From: Spirochaetales bacterium
GTDB lineage: Bacteria; Spirochaetota; Spirochaetia; JAIPGG01
Assembly (NCBI GenBank): GCA_021736255.1
Contig: JAIPGG010000001.1
Location: 11,506 to 75,505, forward strand
Direction of reading: 5' to 3'
Length of the DNA: 64,000 nt
In this document: positions 10,435 through 18,922 of the stretch, in pieces
How the letters are laid out: each line of letters begins with the position of its first letter
How positions within the stretch are numbered: the stretch's first letter is position 1
Made by a program: the position numbers and the translations under genes
The notes under the pieces: generated by a model
Told to the model about the DNA's origin: nothing
Seen by the model: only the letters and a program-made list of their open reading frames with translations
Database searches by the model: none

Positions 10435-11544
10435 GTGGATATGAAAAGAAAAGCAAAGAAAGACAACAGAGGTTTTTGGGTAAAGGTTTCGGCGGCTGCA
10501 GTCCTTTCGGGGCTGCTGGGGTTTGCTGTCGTCGGTTGTGCCGGTACCGATCCGATCACGGATGAGAGGGGAAACCCGGTGGAGGGAAGTATTTCCTCCC
10601 TGGAGAAGGTAATGATCGGCGGTACGGAACAAAGCATTTTGATTCGCGGGCATGACCGGGAAGCACCGGTCCTTCTCTGGCTGGCCGGAGGACCGGGTGG
10701 ATCAGAGTTGGGCTGGACACGAAAGTATCTGAATGAGCTGGAGCGGGATGTCGTTTTTGTGAATTGGGAGCAGCCGGGGGCCGGCAAGTCCTTTTATGCC
10801 GCAGATTATTCAACAATCGAAATCCAGGACTATGTGGATGATTTGGTTGAATTATCCCTTTATCTGGCAAAGCAATTTGGAAAGGACCGAATTTTTCTTG
10901 CCGGACACTCTTGGGGATCCATTATCGGGCTGATGGCAGCTGAACAGCGTCCTGACCTTTTTCACGCTTATATTGCGGTAGCACAACACGTGAATGCAAT
11001 AGAAAACGATCGTATTGGATACCGGATGGTTCTCGAAGGAGCCCGTAAGCGTGGGCATCAAGCGGTGGTCGATCGGCTCAAAGAGTTCGGCCCTCCTCCT
11101 TACAAGAGGGAACATGGAGAACGGTACATCTATCTCTTTCAGAAACTACCGGCATATACTCCCGCTCCTGCGGGATTGAAGGAGCCTGCATTCAAGGAGA
11201 TGGCATTTCCCGAGGAATATTCATTGTTGGACAGCCTCTTGATGGTCCGTGGTCTGTTATTGGGAGTGAAGAATGTCTATCCCCAGTTGGCGGATCTGGA
11301 TTTCGAACGAAGCACCAAGGTTTTAAAATTGCCGGTCTTTTTTATGACAGGCCGTTACGATGAAACCTGTGATCAGGATATCGCCTATCGTTACTTCCAG
11401 GGGCTCGAAGCCCCGAAGAAGGAGTTTTTCTGGTTCGAAAAATCTGGGCACAATCTGTGCTATCAGGAAAATGATTACTTTATCAAGCTGATTCGGGAAG
11501 AGGTTCTTCCCGTAGCCCTTAATAGTAAAGGAGAATACAAATGA
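10435..11544 (+). CDS. Alpha/beta-hydrolase fold lipoprotein (proline iminopeptidase-like)
   Basis: Signal peptide with lipobox 'VVGCAG'; nucleophile elbow 'GHSWG'; 'LWLAGGPGGS' resembling the HGGPG oxyanion motif; 369 aa. Confidence 0.7.
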   Translation: MDMKRKAKKDNRGFWVKVSAAAVLSGLLGFAVVGCAGTDPITDERGNPVEGSISSLEKVMIGGTEQSILIRGHDREAPVLLWLAGGPGGSELGWTRKYLNELERDVVFVNWEQPGAGKSFYAADYSTIEIQDYVDDLVELSLYLAKQFGKDRIFLAGHSWGSIIGLMAAEQRPDLFHAYIAVAQHVNAIENDRIGYRMVLEGARKRGHQAVVDRLKEFGPPPYKREHGERYIYLFQKLPAYTPAPAGLKEPAFKEMAFPEEYSLLDSLLMVRGLLLGVKNVYPQLADLDFERSTKVLKLPVFFMTGRYDETCDQDIAYRYFQGLEAPKKEFFWFEKSGHNLCYQENDYFIKLIREEVLPVALNSKGEYK

Positions 11545-12149
11545 AGAATCGTGTAATGATCGTTGTGTGTTTGTTGTTTGCCCTTGTAGCCGGTTTGGCC
11601 GTTCTCGGTGCTGAAGAGGCAGCAGAACCAAAACAGAAGGGCCTGGAGGTTTCTTTGTCGGTCGGTGCCACCATGTTCGATGGAGAGGCGGCGGGAATGC
11701 TTGCGGCACGGCTTTCCTACGGGCTTTGGGATTGGATGGAGGTCGTCCTCGACGGTACTGCTCTTCACACTTTGGAACGGTCGTATCGTGATGAGGAGGG
11801 AAAGGCTTATCAGGCAGGAGTAGGCTGGGCCTCGCTGGGATTGCGCCCGCATATAAATTTGGGGGAGAGGATCGAGATCGGATTTCCCCTGACCTCAGGA
11901 AGCGGTATCGTTCAGTATCGATACGAATATGGCTACCGGGATGATTTGGTATGGACGGACGAGATCCTCGACCAGGTTACTGTCGGTGTTACCACTGTTG
12001 GGATGGACATCCTAGTGAATATCAACGGTAACTTTCTATTGTCGGTGGAAGCCGGCAGTCGGTTTTCCTCGCCGTTGGATTCTCCTCTGGCCCGGGACAA
12101 TGCTCTTACTTCCTGGTACACAGGTCTGCGCGCGGGTTTTGCGCTCTAG
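11541..12149 (+). CDS. Secreted hypothetical protein, possibly a small outer-membrane beta-barrel; translationally coupled (ATGA overlap) to the upstream hydrolase.
   Basis: Signal peptide 'MKNRVMIVVCLLFALVAGLAVLGA'; alternating hydrophobic/aromatic beta-strand pattern; C-terminal 'LRAGFAL' aromatic-x-hydrophobic end typical of OMPs. Confidence 0.4.
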   Translation: MKNRVMIVVCLLFALVAGLAVLGAEEAAEPKQKGLEVSLSVGATMFDGEAAGMLAARLSYGLWDWMEVVLDGTALHTLERSYRDEEGKAYQAGVGWASLGLRPHINLGERIEIGFPLTSGSGIVQYRYEYGYRDDLVWTDEILDQVTVGVTTVGMDILVNINGNFLLSVEAGSRFSSPLDSPLARDNALTSWYTGLRAGFAL

Positions 12150-12215
12150 CCTAACGTACCCGGAAATGCCCGGATTCTAGTTGACCTGCTTGTTCACCCG
12201 GCATACTATAGCCGG

Positions 12216-13121
12216 GTGAATCATTTTGTTCTCCTGCTCTATATTATCCTGGTCACATTAAGCGGCGGCGGGGTCCTGGCTCTTGCTCTTCTCAACCAGC
12301 GTCTGCAGCATCGGTTCACTTCGTTTCTACTTATAGTAAACACGGCACTTTTAGCTTCACTGTTGCTGAGGATTATCTCTTCTTTTATGTCGGCGGTATT
12401 GATCCAGAGCTTTCTCGATGGTATCGGCGGATATGTGATTGGTTTTTTCCTCGGAGTGTGTGTGTACGGGGGAACGACCCTTGCCCTGCTTACCCTTCCC
12501 AAGGTTCCGAGAAAAACGCTCCTTGGAGTCTTTGCTGCTGTGGTGCTCGTCATGGGAGGGCAGCTCTATCTCCTGCTGTCTGGACGAGTGGAAACGGCAT
12601 ATCACATGCGCATTCCTGAAATGATTGCTATTTCCGCATACCTGTTTTTTCTTGGCCGGCTTATGTATAAAAAGGCGGCCGGTGCCGGCCAGGAAACCCT
12701 GGTCTGGCTGATCAAAACCCTGGGCATTCTCACCTTTCTTTTTGCCCTTGTTTCGACAGGAATCTATCTGATCCTGTCTCTCGTACCCGGGTTTTCGGAC
12801 CTCGGGATCTCTCTGGATTATTTTTATTATTTCGGATGGAGCGCTGTGTCGGTTGCCGCTCTGATACGCTATCTGACCCGCCCGCATGCCCTGATTACAG
12901 GAGGCCAGGTGAGTGATGCCTTCTGCAGGGGCTTTGGCGTCACCGAAAGAGAGCGGGAGGTGATCGAACGAATAAGCCGCGGTATGACGAACCAGCAGAT
13001 TGCCGATGACATGTGTATTTCATTTACAACAGTCAGGACGCATGTATATAATATCTTCCGTAAATGCGAAGTAAAAACCCGGGTAGAACTTTTACAGGTG
13101 CTTTCAGGATACACCGAATAG
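12216..13121 (+). CDS. Membrane-anchored LuxR-family transcriptional regulator (about 6-7 TM helices plus a C-terminal LuxR/GerE HTH)
   Basis: C-terminal 'REREVIERISRGMTNQQIADDMCISFTTVRTHVYNIFRKCEVKTRVEL' is a classic LuxR-type HTH. The N-terminal 230 aa are strongly hydrophobic with multiple helices. Confidence 0.6.
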   Translation: MNHFVLLLYIILVTLSGGGVLALALLNQRLQHRFTSFLLIVNTALLASLLLRIISSFMSAVLIQSFLDGIGGYVIGFFLGVCVYGGTTLALLTLPKVPRKTLLGVFAAVVLVMGGQLYLLLSGRVETAYHMRIPEMIAISAYLFFLGRLMYKKAAGAGQETLVWLIKTLGILTFLFALVSTGIYLILSLVPGFSDLGISLDYFYYFGWSAVSVAALIRYLTRPHALITGGQVSDAFCRGFGVTEREREVIERISRGMTNQQIADDMCISFTTVRTHVYNIFRKCEVKTRVELLQVLSGYTE

Positions 13122-13131
13122 GATTCGAAAT

Positions 13132-14337
13132 ATGGACCAGCAAAACCGGACAAGCCCGAAAAACCAGCTCAGGATAGGTATGGTCGGATACGGGGGGATA
13201 GCCGGGGTACACCTGCTCGGCTACCGCGGGATTCCCCTCTATTATCCGGATGCCCTGCCGCCGATTTCCATGCAGGCGGTCTGTACCAGCCGGAAAGAGA
13301 CAGCCGCCGAGGCCGCCCGGCACGGCGGGTTTGCGGCTTTTTATACGGACCTCGAGCGGATGCTCGCAGAGCAGGAGTTGGACGTGGTGGATATTACCAG
13401 CCCCAACCATCTCCATTACCGGCAGGTCCTGCAGTGCCTCGAAGCGGGGGTGCCGGTCTACTGCGAGAAGCCTCTTGCATTAAACGGCCTTGAGGCCGAA
13501 GAGATCGCCCGGCGTTCTGAGGAGCTCGAAGTTCCGGTGGGAATGACCTTTCACTACCGGTTTGTTCCGGCCTTGATGGAGGCCGGTCGGATGGTGGAAT
13601 CCGGACTTCTTGGGCGGGTGTATCATTACCGGGCCCTCTATCTGCACTCCGGTTATCAGAGGCCGGAACGCCCATTCTCCTGGCGCACGGACCGCAGCCG
13701 TTCAGGGGGAGGTGCCGTGGTGGATCTCGGTGCCCATGTGATCGATCTTATTCGTTACCTGGTTGATGAGATAAGTCAGGTGCGGTCGGCTTTCGAGACC
13801 TTTGTTCCCCGGCGTCCGGATGCCTCGGGCCGGATGGTCGATGTCGAAGTAGACGATGCTGCTTGGGTGCAAACTCGGCTGGCCGGCGGCGGTTTCGGTA
13901 CCATCGAGGTCTCCCGTTTTGCTACCGGTACCCTGGATGACCTGATTATCGAGGTACATGGAGAGAAGGGTGCCTTTCGATTCAGCCTGATGCAGCCCCA
14001 CTGGCTCGAATGGTACGATGCACGGTCCCCGGTTGAGAGGGGTGACCATTCAAGAGAGGAAGACCGGCAGACCGGGAGAGCAGCAGAAACTCTCTCTTCC
14101 TACGGCGGTTGGACCCGAATTGATACCGTGCAGAAGTTCCCCGGGGCCGCAGTGCCTCCCGGTCGTGCCGTTATGGGCTGGGACCGGCTGCATGGCGAAA
14201 GCCAGTACCGGTTTCTCCGTTCTCTTACCGGTACAGATCCCTTCAAACCGGATGCACATGACGGTTTGAAGACCCAGCGGATTCTCGATGCCGTTATACA
14301 GTCGGCGGGCAGCGGCCGCTGGGAAGCGGTAGAATAG
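13132..14337 (+). CDS. Gfo/Idh/MocA-family NAD(P)-dependent oxidoreductase
   Basis: N-terminal Rossmann 'LRIGMVGYGGIAGVHLLG', 'DITSPNHLHYRQVLQCLEAGVPVYCEKP' (the family EKP motif), and a C-terminal alpha/beta domain. Confidence 0.75.
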   Translation: MDQQNRTSPKNQLRIGMVGYGGIAGVHLLGYRGIPLYYPDALPPISMQAVCTSRKETAAEAARHGGFAAFYTDLERMLAEQELDVVDITSPNHLHYRQVLQCLEAGVPVYCEKPLALNGLEAEEIARRSEELEVPVGMTFHYRFVPALMEAGRMVESGLLGRVYHYRALYLHSGYQRPERPFSWRTDRSRSGGGAVVDLGAHVIDLIRYLVDEISQVRSAFETFVPRRPDASGRMVDVEVDDAAWVQTRLAGGGFGTIEVSRFATGTLDDLIIEVHGEKGAFRFSLMQPHWLEWYDARSPVERGDHSREEDRQTGRAAETLSSYGGWTRIDTVQKFPGAAVPPGRAVMGWDRLHGESQYRFLRSLTGTDPFKPDAHDGLKTQRILDAVIQSAGSGRWEAVE

Positions 14338-14344
14338 CTGTCCC

Positions 14345-14385
14345 AAGCCGTCCGAATGGATGGGCGGCCTTTTAGCTGCAACAGC
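14345..14385 (+). terminator. Possible intrinsic terminator after the Gfo/Idh/MocA gene
   Basis: Imperfect hairpin 'GCCGTCC-gaatg-GGATGGGC' followed by 'GGCCTTTT'; a weak call. Confidence 0.25.
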
Positions 14386-14438
14386 CATGAAATCCCCGGC
14401 GTTGCGTATATTTGAGGGTGGTTTATACTTAGTATGTA

Positions 14439-16142
14439 ATGTTCTGGAATTCCCGAAGAACTATACGAGCAGTCATCCCGCCGCTTTTCATATTCATTTT
14501 ATTTGCCGGAGTTCTTTTTTTTATCATTATTCCGCAGTCACGGTCGCTCCTTTTTCATCAGATACAAAAGAACAGTGAGGACAATGTTGATCTTGTGCTC
14601 AGGTTGATCGAGTATCATCACAGCAGGGCAGAAGAGGGCGAAATTCCGGTAAGCACGGCAAAACAACGCGCCCTCGATCAGGTTCGGAATCTGCGCTATG
14701 GGCCACAGGAGCGGAACTATTTCTGGATCTGTGATTATCAGCCGATACTGCTCATGCACCCCTATCGAAGCGATTTAGAAGGAAAAAACGTCGGATCATA
14801 TACAGACCCTGAAGGAAACAAGGTCTTTCAGGAAATGGTTGAACTCGTTAAGAAAAGGGGAGAGGGGTATACAGACTACCAGTGGCAATTCCATGGTGAT
14901 CGGTCTCAGGTAGTTTCGAAACGGTCTTATGTCGAGGGTTTTGAACCCTGGCAATGGATCGTAGGGACCGGTATTTACCTCAGTCAAGCTGAAGCGCTCA
15001 TAGACCGGCTGATTCGTTCTTCTACACTAATTGCCCTCATAGCTCTGGCTGTTATCGGATTCGGGGCGTTCTTCCTGGCAAATCGCTCGATTCGCCTCTT
15101 GAGAATATTCGAAACGAGTCAGGCCAATCTTGAGCTCGCCAATCGACAGTATCGTGATCTCGTGGAAACGATGAATGACGGCTTGATTGTGCTCGACCGG
15201 CAGTGGAATATTCGGTACACGAATAAAGCATTTCAGAATATGTTGGATTATACCCAATCCGAATTGGCGGGAAAGCATCTCGACCAGATTGTGCCGGTTT
15301 CCGAGCGTACGATACTCGATGAACAGTTGGAGAAAAGAAAAAAAGGGGAAGATGAGCCCTACGAGATTACATTTAAAAGGAAAAATGGAAAGGTAATTGA
15401 GTGTGTATGCTCCCCGAAACCGATATTTACCCGTGAGGGACTCTTTCACGGGAGTTTCGCCGTGATAACGGATGTGAACACGTTGAAATCAGTGCAAAAA
15501 GATTTGGAAGCAGCTCTTGAAGAAAAGAACCTTCTGCTGCGCGAGGTCCATCATCGGGTAAAAAACAATCTCCAGATTATCTCGAGTATGCTCCACTTGC
15601 AGCAGGAGTCGGTAACGGACCAGAATGCCTGGGCTGCTTTGCGCGATTCCCAATATCGTATCGAAACCCTTGCTCTCGTACATTCGTTCTTATACAGCTC
15701 CGAACAATTCGGTACAATACCCTTGCCTGAATACATCAATGATTTAGTTGCCTCCTTGAGTTCTGCATACGATGTACATGGGAGGAACATTACCATTTCT
15801 GCCGATGTGGCGGATATCGAAATCGGTATCGATCAGACGAATCCCTTGGCGCTGATAATTACCGAGCTGGTTACGAACTGCTTGAAACACGCTTTCCCGG
15901 AGAGGGATACCGGGAGCATCGAAATCACCGTGGCTTACGAGAAGGAACAGGCGGCCGGCACGGTAACCGTGTCTGACAACGGAATCGGGATACAACAAAA
16001 CAGGCAGGACTCCGGTTCGATAGGCATGATGCTGGTCCATGCCATGGTCGATCAGCTGAACGGCAGTATCGAAGTCCATTCCAATGAAGGGACGGTGATA
16101 ACCATTACGGCACCTCTGAAAGTTAAAAATCAGAAGGGATGA
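14439..16142 (+). CDS. Membrane sensor histidine kinase: periplasmic Cache-like sensor domain, PAS domain, HisKA_2 (HWE/HisKA_2-type) dimerisation domain and HATPase
   Basis: Two TM segments flank a roughly 150-aa extracytoplasmic region. PAS region 'MNDGLIVLDRQWNIRYTNKAF'. HisKA_2 signature 'EVHHRVKNNLQIISSMLHLQ'. HATPase motifs 'ELVTNCLKHAF', 'VSDNGIGI', 'GSIGMMLV'. No response regulator is adjacent. Confidence 0.75.
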   Translation: MFWNSRRTIRAVIPPLFIFILFAGVLFFIIIPQSRSLLFHQIQKNSEDNVDLVLRLIEYHHSRAEEGEIPVSTAKQRALDQVRNLRYGPQERNYFWICDYQPILLMHPYRSDLEGKNVGSYTDPEGNKVFQEMVELVKKRGEGYTDYQWQFHGDRSQVVSKRSYVEGFEPWQWIVGTGIYLSQAEALIDRLIRSSTLIALIALAVIGFGAFFLANRSIRLLRIFETSQANLELANRQYRDLVETMNDGLIVLDRQWNIRYTNKAFQNMLDYTQSELAGKHLDQIVPVSERTILDEQLEKRKKGEDEPYEITFKRKNGKVIECVCSPKPIFTREGLFHGSFAVITDVNTLKSVQKDLEAALEEKNLLLREVHHRVKNNLQIISSMLHLQQESVTDQNAWAALRDSQYRIETLALVHSFLYSSEQFGTIPLPEYINDLVASLSSAYDVHGRNITISADVADIEIGIDQTNPLALIITELVTNCLKHAFPERDTGSIEITVAYEKEQAAGTVTVSDNGIGIQQNRQDSGSIGMMLVHAMVDQLNGSIEVHSNEGTVITITAPLKVKNQKG

Positions 16143-16148
16143 ACAAGA

Positions 16149-17780
16149 GTGGAGACCAATCATACGGAAAAGCCTCTGGCCATCCTGATCAATCCTCCGG
16201 TTTATGATGCTGCCCTGTACGATCTCTATCTACGCCCTTTCGGGCTCTTGAGGGTGGGTGCGTGGCTTCGCTCGGCCGGATGGAACACGGTCTATGTGGA
16301 TGCTCTTCGGATCGACGATCCGTCGTCTCTGAAGACTTTCGGTCGGCCGAGGCGGAAAGCGGACGGGACAGGGCATTTTTTCCGCCGGCCGCTGGAGTAC
16401 TCAGATCTTGCCGGGCTATTTTCTGAGCCCAAGGCACGGGAGATATTCTCTGTATACGGGGAGGCAGGGCGGCGGCTTTCTCGTTACGGTGTACTCGCCG
16501 AGTCCTTCAGGAGCATGCTGCAGGATGCGGCAGAAGATGGATCGGCTGCCGGCGGCAGAAAACCCGATCTCTGTCTGGTTCAGGGCGGAATGACCTACTG
16601 GTACCCGGGAGTGCTCGAGACGGTGCGTCTTTGCCGGGAACTGTGGCCGACCGTTCCGGTTGCCGGAGGCGGCGTGTATCCGACCCTTTTACCCGGCCAC
16701 GCAGCACAGATCTGCGGCCTGGATGCGGTCGTCTCGGGGAATGATTTTTCTTCCCTCATCGAGATGTTTAAACACCGGTCTCTGCCGCAGCCGGCGGAAG
16801 CAGCTCCCCCCGTCGTTTCATCGGTTTACACAGGCGGCGATTCGGCGGTGCTCCGGTTGAATATCGGCTGCCCCTACCGCTGCAGCTACTGTGCCTCCGG
16901 ATTGGTCTCCGGCGCTTTTTGTGCCGGCAGTGCCGTCCAGGCGGCGGAGGCTGTTTACGATCTGTGGGAACGGAGGGGAGTGCGGAACTTTGCTTTCTAC
17001 GATGATGCGCTTCTGGTGAAGAAAGAGGAGGTTCTGCTGCCCTTTCTCGAGGCTGTCTCCGAAATAGCAGGCAAGCCGATCGGCAGGCAAGGTGGAGGGC
17101 TTCCCGGATCTGTTGCAGGCGGCAGCCCCGGCGGCACCCCTATCGGCAGCCCCAACGGCAGCCCCAACGGCAACCCCAACGGCAACCCCAACGGCAACCC
17201 CAACGGCAGCCCCGGCGGCACCCCTAGCGGCACCCCCAACGGCACCCTCAGCGGCAGCCCCAACGGCAGCCCCAACACGGGGGGCGAAAGTCCCCCGTGC
17301 TTCTATCTTCCCAATGCCCTGCACGCGGAACTCCTCGATGAACGGACTGCCCGACTGTTAGGACAGGCGGGATTTCAGGAGATCCGTCTCGGGCTTGAAA
17401 GCGCTTCGGATGATTTTCACCGCCGGCAGGATTCCAAACTCGATGAACAGGTTTTCTCCGATGCTGTCCGGATGCTGTTCTCCGCAGGTTTTCACGGCGA
17501 TCGGATCAAGGCTTATGTGCTTGCCGGAATACCGGATCAGACGGCGGAAGAAGCGGAAGAAACGATACGTTTTGCTCTGCGGCTCGGGATTCGGCCGATG
17601 GTTGCTGAGTTTTCACCGGTGCCAGGGACCGAACTGTTCGAGTCGGCACGACGGCAAAGCAGTTTCGATCTTGAGGAACCACTGTTTCAAAATAATTCGG
17701 TTTTTCCCATGGCTTCCCGGTATTTTTCCCGGCCGGAACTGGAACGGCTCAAACGGCTCTCTCGGCAACCGAAAGCTTAA
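16149..17780 (+). CDS. B12-binding-domain radical SAM protein, with an internal low-complexity [S/T/N]-P-x-G tetrapeptide repeat insert
   Basis: N-terminal cobalamin-binding-like region. Radical SAM cluster motif 'CPYRCSYC' (CxxxCxxC). It lies 7 nt downstream of the histidine kinase stop, so co-transcription is likely. It contains a 52-aa G/P/N/S repeat tract. Confidence 0.7.
   Translation: METNHTEKPLAILINPPVYDAALYDLYLRPFGLLRVGAWLRSAGWNTVYVDALRIDDPSSLKTFGRPRRKADGTGHFFRRPLEYSDLAGLFSEPKAREIFSVYGEAGRRLSRYGVLAESFRSMLQDAAEDGSAAGGRKPDLCLVQGGMTYWYPGVLETVRLCRELWPTVPVAGGGVYPTLLPGHAAQICGLDAVVSGNDFSSLIEMFKHRSLPQPAEAAPPVVSSVYTGGDSAVLRLNIGCPYRCSYCASGLVSGAFCAGSAVQAAEAVYDLWERRGVRNFAFYDDALLVKKEEVLLPFLEAVSEIAGKPIGRQGGGLPGSVAGGSPGGTPIGSPNGSPNGNPNGNPNGNPNGSPGGTPSGTPNGTLSGSPNGSPNTGGESPPCFYLPNALHAELLDERTARLLGQAGFQEIRLGLESASDDFHRRQDSKLDEQVFSDAVRMLFSAGFHGDRIKAYVLAGIPDQTAEEAEETIRFALRLGIRPMVAEFSPVPGTELFESARRQSSFDLEEPLFQNNSVFPMASRYFSRPELERLKRLSRQPKA
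17121..17276 (+). repeat. In-frame 12-nt tandem repeat (about 13 units; core 'AGCCCCAACGGC'/'AACCCCAACGGC') encoding (S/N/T)-P-(N/G/S)-G tetrapeptides within the radical SAM gene
   Basis: Direct reading: '...agccccaacggcagccccaacggcaaccccaacggcaaccccaacggcaaccccaacggcagccccggcggc...'. It translates to 'GSPGGTPIGSPNGSPNGNPNGNPNGNPNGSPGGTPSGTPNGTLSGSPNGSPN'. Confidence 0.85.
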
Positions 17781-18898
17781 CGAGCACCGTTATCTTCCAG
17801 ATCCATGTCGGGAGCGTTCCCTACTATTCCTGCAATGATCTTGTTCAGTGCACTGAAAGGGCTCTGGTCCCCGTTGAGGATGGTATAAACCCCGCTGATT
17901 ATAGGCAGCTTGAGATTGTACTCCTCTGCAAGGTGCATGGCATGTTTTGCCGCTACGACTCCCTCCGGCAGATAACCGATCTCCTCGATACGCCGGATCA
18001 GGTCTTCGATGCCGTTGAACCTGCTCAGTTTCCGGTCCAGTATAATCTCCCGGCCGAATCTTCGGTTCCTCCCGTACTTGCTCCGGCAGGTAACATCCAG
18101 GTCGCCTACTCCGGCTATGGAGGTGAAGGTTTCCGGATAATTCGATCCGAGGGCCTTTCCCAGAAGCTGAATCTCGTTGAGTCCGGCAGCCAGAAGCAGC
18201 GATTCAGTGTTGTCGCCGAATCGGTTGGAAAGCTCTTTCAGAGCGTCCAGCATCCCAAAGGCCAGGGCGATTACGTTCTTCACGGCGGCGCTGGTTTGCA
18301 CCCCAACCACATCCAGAGAGGAAAAAACCATGAGGGTTGAAGAGCTCAGCAGCTCACGGAACCTGATTGATTCCTTGCCGTTACTCGAGGCGCTGATTAA
18401 ACCGGTTATCTTGCCCCTGGCCACCTCTTCGGCATGGCTGGGGCCGGAAAGATATACGAGTCTGTCCTGATAATGGTCCGGCAGCATCTCTTCTAAAGCA
18501 GTGACAATCAGTTTCGGCCGGCCGGCGCTTTCGAGAAAGCCTTTTGTCAGGATTCCTATACTCGTTGTTCCCGACAGGATGTTTGGTGCATCGATGATTT
18601 TCCGGAAGGTATCGAGGATGAAAAGAGAGGGAGCGGCCAGGATAAGAAAATCCTTATTTTCTACCGCTTCCGAAATATTGCAGGTCGCGCTGAGGGAGGG
18701 GGGCAGGTCCACTCCCAAAAGATAGCGGCTGTTTTCATGTTCACGGTTGATGTCTCGGGCTACGTCCTCTTCGTAGCTCCAGATTTCTACCGGATTACCG
18801 GCAAGAGCAATACTTCTGGCGATGGCCGTCCCCCAAGCCCCGGCGCCGATGACGCCCACCCGTTGAGGGGTTCCCGTATGTGTTCCGTTTTCTGCCAC
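17777..18898 (-). CDS. gpsA: NAD(P)H-dependent glycerol-3-phosphate dehydrogenase
   Basis: 'VGVIGAGAWGTAIA' NAD-binding motif, 'LSGPSHAEEVA' catalytic region, roughly 340-aa core. It is convergent with the radical SAM gene, with a 4-nt overlap. Confidence 0.85.
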   Translation of the reverse strand: MAENGTHTGTPQRVGVIGAGAWGTAIARSIALAGNPVEIWSYEEDVARDINREHENSRYLLGVDLPPSLSATCNISEAVENKDFLILAAPSLFILDTFRKIIDAPNILSGTTSIGILTKGFLESAGRPKLIVTALEEMLPDHYQDRLVYLSGPSHAEEVARGKITGLISASSNGKESIRFRELLSSSTLMVFSSLDVVGVQTSAAVKNVIALAFGMLDALKELSNRFGDNTESLLLAAGLNEIQLLGKALGSNYPETFTSIAGVGDLDVTCRSKYGRNRRFGREIILDRKLSRFNGIEDLIRRIEEIGYLPEGVVAAKHAMHLAEEYNLKLPIISGVYTILNGDQSPFSALNKIIAGIVGNAPDMDLEDNGAR

Positions 18899-18922
18899 GT
18901 GCCTTGCTCCTTAATGTGTTGA

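Noticed and set aside
16818-17361. Antisense/alternate-frame ORFs 'AVGVAVGVAVG...' (minus strand) and 'ATPTATPTATPTA...' (+2 frame) across the radical SAM repeat
   Set aside because: They are generated by the same GC-rich 12-nt tandem repeat. They have no start context or independent support, whereas the main frame belongs to a long conserved-looking rSAM protein.
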